From an uncultured Acidobacteriota bacterium (GTDB lineage: Bacteria > Acidobacteriota > Vicinamibacteria > Vicinamibacterales > 2-12-FULL-66-21): 64,000 nt of DNA. Under the pieces are notes generated by a model. It was not told the DNA's origin. It saw only the letters and a list, made by a program, of their open reading frames with translations, and ran no database searches. The stretch covers positions 250,964 to 314,963 of the forward strand of contig CAVYTY010000023.1 in NCBI GenBank assembly GCA_963771395.1, given 5' to 3'. Made by a program: the position numbers and the translations under genes. Below, piece by piece: positions 58,508 through 64,000 of the stretch (position 1 is the first letter of the stretch; the number at the start of each line of letters is the position of its first letter).

Positions 58508-58933
58508 TCAGTAAACAGTCCAAATCCCCGGCGACGCCAGCTCGAGGATGTGTCCTTCCGGGTCACGAAAATAGAGGCTGCGGCCGCCGAGGTCCCACCG
58601 GCGATCGCGCTCGATGGTCACGCCGTGTGCGTGGAGTCTGGCCGCCCACGCGTCCATATCCGACTCGGCCGTTGAGAAAGCGATGTGCTGCGGGCCAGTC
58701 GCGTCGTGCGGAACATCGGCGAGGTTGGTCGAGGCGCCGCGCTTGCACACCAGCAGCACCTGCCTGCCGCCGACGCCCATCGCCGTCAGGCGCTCGTCGA
58801 GCGCGATGGTCTCGAAGCCGAGAACGGTCCCGTAGAACCGCACCGCCCGGGGCACGTCCTCCACGTACAGCGCTACTTCGACGATGCCGCCAACGCTGGG
58901 TGCGGTGGAGATGGCGGGTGTACCATGTCTCAA
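58508..58933 (-). CDS. VOC/glyoxalase-family protein
   Basis: IVEVALYVEDVPRAVRFYGTVLGF...HIAFS...LYFRDPEGHILEL. The proposed TTG start overlaps the aminotransferase stop (TTGA). Confidence 0.7.
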   Translation of the reverse strand: MRHGTPAISTAPSVGGIVEVALYVEDVPRAVRFYGTVLGFETIALDERLTAMGVGGRQVLLVCKRGASTNLADVPHDATGPQHIAFSTAESDMDAWAARLHAHGVTIERDRRWDLGGRSLYFRDPEGHILELASPGIWTVY

Positions 58934-60048
58934 TCGAACAGCGGCGTCAGCTCGCTCGCAATGCGCCGTAAGCCCTCGCGAAGGAACTCCTCGCGGCCGC
59001 CGAGCCAGATTCGCAGATAGCCTTGGAGCCCGACGTGCGATCCGGGCACGATGAGCGTGCTCTGATTGACCCGCACGCGTTCGGCGACGTCGAGGCTGTT
59101 GATGTCCGCATCGTACCTCACGAGCGCGATGGCTCCGGCCTGTGGCTCGCGCCAGGTGAGCCGTCCACCGAGGCGGCCGATCCACTCGCGGGCGATGGGA
59201 AGGTTGTGGGTGAGGATGGCTCGCGTGCGCGCATAGCAGCGCTCGCGATTCTCCGGCTCGACGGCGACGCGCGCGAGCCGGTCGGACAGCTTGTTGGGCC
59301 CGATCGTGAGGTAGTCGTGCTGCGACCAGCACTCCGATACGAGCGCGCGCGGGCCGACGATCCATCCCACGCGGACGCCGGGAATCCCATAGGCCTTCGA
59401 GAGGCCGCTCGTGACGATCACACGGTCGCTCAGTCCCCAGAAGCTCCTCGTGCGATCACCGTCGATCTCCGCGCCGAGATACACCTCGTCGGCGAGAATC
59501 CACGTGTTCGTGGACTCGCACCGGCTCACGATCCGTTCCATCGCGCTCGGCGAAAGGATCGAGCCGGTTGGGTTGTTGGGGTTCGAGAGATAGAGCAGGC
59601 GCGCCCGAGGTGTCACCGCGCGGTCGAACTCGTCCCAGTCGGGCTCCCAGCCCGTATCGTGTCGCAGGGTAAACGTTCGAACAGTCGCGCCGAGGCTGCG
59701 CGCAACGCCTGGCATCTGCATGTAGTTGGGCACTTCCATGGCCACCTCGTCGCCCGGCTGGAGCTGGCTCAGGGCGATCAGGTAGTTGGCTTCGGAGGTG
59801 CCGTTGGTGACTTCGATCTGCTCGACGTCCGCGCCCGGGTAGATAGCCGCGAGGCGCTCACGGAGCTCGATCGTGCCGTTCGACTGACTGTAGCCGAGCG
59901 GCTGATCCATGAAGGCGTCGAGGTCGAAGCCCATCTCGACAAGCTCCCGGAGCGTCAGCGGCCGCACGCCGCTCTCGCTCATGTCGTAGTCGACGAGGTT
60001 CTCCCAGGTCGACTGCATGCGCTCCATCGCAAATGGTTCAAGAGGCAT
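58930..60048 (-). CDS. PLP-dependent aminotransferase (class I/II)
   Basis: 372 aa with NPNNPTG and SGLSKAYGIPGVRVGW (the PLP-lysine region). Confidence 0.9.
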   Translation of the reverse strand: MPLEPFAMERMQSTWENLVDYDMSESGVRPLTLRELVEMGFDLDAFMDQPLGYSQSNGTIELRERLAAIYPGADVEQIEVTNGTSEANYLIALSQLQPGDEVAMEVPNYMQMPGVARSLGATVRTFTLRHDTGWEPDWDEFDRAVTPRARLLYLSNPNNPTGSILSPSAMERIVSRCESTNTWILADEVYLGAEIDGDRTRSFWGLSDRVIVTSGLSKAYGIPGVRVGWIVGPRALVSECWSQHDYLTIGPNKLSDRLARVAVEPENRERCYARTRAILTHNLPIAREWIGRLGGRLTWREPQAGAIALVRYDADINSLDVAERVRVNQSTLIVPGSHVGLQGYLRIWLGGREEFLREGLRRIASELTPLFD

Positions 60049-60104
60049 TGATTTGGTTCAAGAGGTTCAAGAGGTTCAGGTGGTTCAATAGGTTCAAGGG
60101 TTCT
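60035..60104. repeat. family-A array A6: 6 GGTTCA + 1 degenerate unit spanning an intra-operon spacer
   Basis: Unit starts 60035, 60055, 60064, 60073, 60082, 60091, 60099. The outer units lie inside the flanking coding sequences. Confidence 0.9.
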
Positions 60105-61048
60105 TGGACCATTCGGCGAGCTTCTCTACGCCAATGTTGCCGCCGCTTACGATTGCGACGATCGGCCCCTCGATGCGAATCGCGGCGTCGAGCGCGCCGC
60201 TGAGCACGGCTGCGGTCGTGGCGGCGCCGCTCGGCTCGGCGACGAGGTGGGCGTTGGCGAAGATCCACAGCACGGCCGCGATGATGTCCTTGTCCTCAAC
60301 CGTGATCACCTGGTCGACGAACTTCTGGACGTGCGCGAACGTGAGGTCTCCCGGTCTGACGGGCATCAGCCCGTCGGCGACGGTCTCGGTCTTCGGAAGC
60401 GTGACCGGTTGGCCGGCGTCCACCGACGTTTTCATCTTCGCAGCGCCCGCCGGTTCGACGCCGATGACGACCACATCGGGCCGGGATTGCTTGATGGCGG
60501 CCGCGACGCCGGCGACGAGGCCTCCCCCACCGACCGGCACGAGCACGGCGGCGACGTCCGGCCGCTGCTCGAGGATCTCGAGGCCGGCCGTGCCCTGTCC
60601 GGCGATGATCCACTGGTGATCGAACGGCGGGACCATGGTGAGTCCGCGCCTGGAGGCTTCGGCCTCGGCGCGCGCGCGTCGATCCGCCGACGTCGTGCCC
60701 GCAAAAACCACCTCTGCGCCGAATGCTCGCGCGCCGTCGACCTTGATCTTCGGCGCGGTCGTGGGCATGACGACGACCGCGGGCGCTCCGAGCGTGCGGG
60801 CTGCGAGCGCCATCGCCTGGCCGTGATTGCCCGACGAGTACGTGATGACGCCGGCGGCACGCTGGGCGGGATCGAGTTGCGCGACCATGTTGTACGCGCC
60901 GCGGATCTTGAACGCACCGGCAGGCTGAAGGCTCTCGCACTTGAGGAAGAACGGTCGTCTCGCCGGTCCGGAGACGTCGACGAGCGGTGTCACGCGCGCG
61001 ATTGGCGAGATGCGGCGCGGCCGCGGCTCGGATCTCTTCCAGGGTCAC
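60094..61048 (-). CDS. threonine/serine dehydratase (PLP, PALP family) with N-terminal frameshift(s)
   Basis: FFLKCESLQPAGAFKIRGA...SSGNHGQAMA...GGGGLVAG. The N-terminal text VTLEEIRAAAA / RISPIARVTPL changes frame near 61015. Confidence 0.8.
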
Positions 61049-61215
61049 GAATGTCGGTCGTCGCTGAGATCTCTGTCATTTAACGGTCCCGTCCCGATCG
61101 AAGACGATAACCTGATCGAACCGGGCTCCGCTGGCGCCGGTGCGAGAACGATCCTCGCCTACCTGACGTGCCGTCAATCATAATCCGCGTCTAGAATGCC
61201 CGAGACCCAAAGACC

Positions 61216-62975
61216 ATGAGGTCTGCCAACCTGCTCGCGACGGCGTGCCTGCTGCTGGCGGCGCTCCCGGCGGCGCAACCCGTGCCCCGGCCGGCGGAGC
61301 CGTTCGTGCGCGTCGGCGTGTCGTACCCGGCCGGGCTCTCGCGCGACCGCGAGCGGGCGGCGGCCGATCTCGAGGCGATTAACACGCTGGGGTTCAACAG
61401 CATTCGGGTGCCGATCGATTGGGCGGACGCCGAGCCGGCCCGCGGCCAGTACCGACTCGAGGCGCTGGACCAGACGCTGGAGCTCGCCGGCCAGCGCGGG
61501 CCTGAAGGTCGTGCTGCAGCTCGACACGGAGTCCATGCCGGCGTGGCTGCTTCGTCGCTACCCGGACGGCAGGTTTGTGTCGGCGTCCAGGGCGGAGGGC
61601 CCGCGGCTCGAGCGCGCGTGTCTCGATCATCCCGGTGTGCGCGCGGATGTCGAGGCCTACGTCGGTGCCGCAAGCCACCGCGCCGCGCGGCACGCTGCCT
61701 GGCAGGCGATCGACGTCGGCAGCGAGCTCGAGAATGGCTTCTGCGGCTGTCCCCACACCGCGCGTCGCTTTCGCGAGTGGCTGAAGGCGACGTTCGGCTC
61801 CGACGACGAGACCTGGCGCGCTCGCCGCAGCCGATCGAGCGGCGTTCGTCGCGCTCGAGCGGCGGGACCATCTCGCCCTCGTCGCCGCTGCCGCGTCGGC
61901 TCGCGGTGTTCGTTCCTTGACCAGCTCGGCCGGCGCGTCGTCTGTCATTCGACAGCTCTTCAGTGAGCCTCCAGGCCAGGACGACTGGCTGATGACGACC
62001 GTGGTCGATCACTACGGCATGGCGGTGCCGCCGGAGCTCGCTCCAGCCGCGTCGCTCGCGCCGGTGCAGCTGGCGCTGGCGCTCGACGGCATTCGTTCGG
62101 CGGCCCGGCGATAAGGGCTGGCTGATGACGGACCGTACCGTGACGGGTCGGTACGGCGGAGGTGCCGTCAGCTGCGGCCTTGCGGCTGCGGACCTGGGCG
62201 GCGTTGTCACGTGGCGCTCGCGGCGTGACCTACGACGATTGGCGTGCGACCGGTCCAGGCGCGAGCAGCGGCCTGGTCAGCTCGGACGGAACGATCAGCG
62301 ATCGGGCGCGGGCGGCGGGCGCGTTGGCGCGCGTCATCGGCCGCAACCCGGCCCTCTTCGCGCCGCTTCGGCCACGGGCCGCGAAGGTCGCGATCGCGTA
62401 CGACCCACGTCCGCCGATCGAGGGGTGCCGAGCTCGACGTCAGCGGCAAAGGCCTTTCAACTGAGCGTCTATCGAGCGTTGTTCGAGCGAAACATCCAGG
62501 TGGACTTCATCCATCTCGACGAGATTGCGGCCGGGATGGCGAGCCGGTACAGCGTGGTGTGTGTCGGCTCGGCAGTCGACGCTGCCGGAGCCTGCGGTTG
62601 CTGGCGTTGCGGGCGTATGTCGCGGCGGGCGGGACCCTGGTTGACGGCACGACCACGCCGACCGGCGAGCAGATCGTCCAGATCGCGGCCCGGGCCGGCG
62701 TCGCCCCGGAGGTTCGGATAGAGGGTGCGACGGGCCCGGTCGAAACCCGCTTTCTGGAGTCATCCGACGTCCTCATGCTCGTCGGCCTGAACCACGCGGA
62801 CACGATGCAGCGGGTCAAGATGACATTCACGCCCGACACGCAGGAGGCCATCTGGCAGAACATGGAGACCGGAGCGGCGGTCAACTTCATCGCCGGCCCA
62901 GAGGGCCCGACCTACACCTACGCGTTCGGGCCCAGCGACGCCCTGATCCTGATGATTAGAAAGAACTTGCGCTAA
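61216..62975 (+). pseudogene. GH42-like beta-galactosidase gene, at least five frame changes
   Basis: GFNSIRVPIDWADAEPARGQYRLEALDQTLELAGQRG / LKVVLQLDTESMPAWLL...GFCGCPHTARRFREWLKATFGS / ... / FQLSVYRALFERNIQVDFIHLDEI / ...AGGTLVDG... are spread over three frames. Confidence 0.6.
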
Positions 62976-63020
62976 ACACGCTCTCCAGAGAGCTTCCGCG
63001 ACCGCGCAATAGCTGAGCTC

Positions 63021-63074
63021 GGGGACACTCAACCGGGACAGTCCCCGGGGACACTCAAGCCGGGACTAGTCCCC
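63021..63074. repeat. family-C array C2: GGGGACACTCAACCGGGACAGTCCCC + GGGGACACTCAAGCCGGGACTAGTCCCC
   Basis: The first unit is identical to the C1 units. The second carries the palindrome GGGACTAGTCCC. Confidence 0.9.
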
Positions 63075-63119
63075 GGACGACTGGTCGACACGCCAAGGAG
63101 AATTGAAGCGGCTTCCGGC

Positions 63120-63615
63120 TCAGCGCAGGGCCCGGCTGTCGATGAGATCGTGGTCGCCAGGCGGCTCGAACCCCGCGAGCCTGACCGCCAGCGCGATCTG
63201 CGCCCAGTGGCGGATCTCGTGGACGAGGATGTGGAACAGCAGTTTCCTCTGCGACATCGCCAGCGTCTGGTCCTGAAAGGCGATCGGCCGCGGCTCGTTC
63301 GCCTCGTCTTCGTCGATCAACTCCGCAAATTGCTCGAGCTCCCGCCGCACCGACGCGCCGTAGTCGAAGAGTGGAGGCGCGTTGTTGCCCGTCAACCCGG
63401 TCGATGTCGAGACCGGATCGCCCGTCAGCCGCTGGAGATGGCGCCGCTCGATCAGAAACACATGATCGATGAGCTTGCCGACTGTCGGGATCTGCCCCTC
63501 CCGGCTGTAGCGTCACGTCCATCGCGTCGGGATGCGACTGGAGCCAGCGCCGCCACTTGTCACGTTCGTCGCTCGTGTAACGCAGGAGCTCGTCGTAGGA
63601 CAGGTCAAGTGTCAT
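63120..63615 (-). pseudogene. DinB-family protein gene with one frameshift (about 63495, in a G run)
   Basis: MTLDLSYDELLRYTSDERDKWRRWLQSHPDAMDVTLQPGG / QIPTVGKLIDHVFLIERRHLQRL...HEIRHWAQIA. Confidence 0.6.
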
Positions 63616-63697
63616 GCAGCTGTCTCATCGGTAGTCTGTCGTCATCCGTGTGTCGGTGGCCCGTGTTTTCCGCCGCTCATGTAGTCTATCAAGTGGG

Positions 63698-64000
63698 ATG
63701 TTCTCCGAGCGTGTGCCACCGAGCCTCGAGCCCAACCGGATCACGCAGGCCGTTCGCCGCGCGCGCGCGGCCGGGCGGTCCCTGCTCGATCTGACGATCA
63801 CGAATCCGACGACGGCCGGCTTCGAGTACTCCATCATCGATGCTGGACGTTCTGACATCTCCGGACGCGCTGAGGTACGACCCGCAGCCCTTCGGCCTGC
63901 TCGATGCCCGACGCGCAGTCGCGTGCGACTACGCTCGTCGCGGAATCGCGGCCACCCCCGATCGCATCGTCCTCACCGCCAGCACGAGCGAGGCGTACTC
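63698..64000 (+). pseudogene. 5' part of a PLP aminotransferase (AlaA-like) gene, frameshift near 63835; continues beyond the window
   Basis: MFSERVPPSLEPNRITQAVRRARAAGRSLLDLTITNPTTAGFEY / MLDVLTSPDALRYDPQPFGLLDARRAVACDYARRGIAATPDRIVLTASTSEAY. Confidence 0.6.

Overview
This is a GC-rich bacterial chromosomal window with about 50 protein-coding loci. Two ADOP-type duplicated FtsX permeases (one with its PadR partner), a type III glutamine synthetase and many secreted hydrolases suggest Acidobacteriota, but that is inference only. Confidently called intact genes include addB-addA, a B12/radical-SAM protein, a multicopper oxidase, M28 and M29 peptidases, and a tandem cyclophilin. Others are a PQQ-propeller protein, a NYN/OST-HTH protein, dinB, GSIII, several alpha/beta hydrolases, an amidohydrolase, two sigma-factor loci and an aminotransferase/threonine-dehydratase pair. 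I saw no rRNA, tRNA, CRISPR-cas, transposase or integrase.

The most unusual content is non-coding. (1) At least five families of short-unit tandem arrays occupy 13 intergenic spacers. Their cores are A: GGTTCA/TGAACC; B: GGGACGCGGATCTCGCGGATC; C: GGGGACACTCAACCGGGACAGTCCCC; D: GGTGCC/GGCACC; E: CAGTCG/GTCGAC. The arrays are often paired in inverted orientation and often start exactly in the TGA stop codon of the neighbouring gene. (2) A four-helix-bundle gene (23S-rRNA-IVS/Avd-like) at 16.0 kb sits between two inverted 16-unit family-A arrays. An ORF-less copy of the same architecture, sharing its leader, lies at 27.3 kb. Degenerate four-helix-bundle remnants appear inside an inverted family-B pair (11.3 kb) and next to addA (4.1 kb). 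Together these look like an undescribed IVS-like, repeat-bracketed cassette family. (3) A 95-nt hairpin element occurs twice (18.3 and 22.6 kb). (4) Gene disruption is strikingly uneven. About 14 genes carry frameshifts or in-frame stops, clustered at 35.5-38 kb and 48-64 kb, while long genes such as the 7-kb addBA pair stay intact. This needs read-level checking before it is called biology.

All coordinates and counts come from reading the sequence by eye and are approximate where marked.
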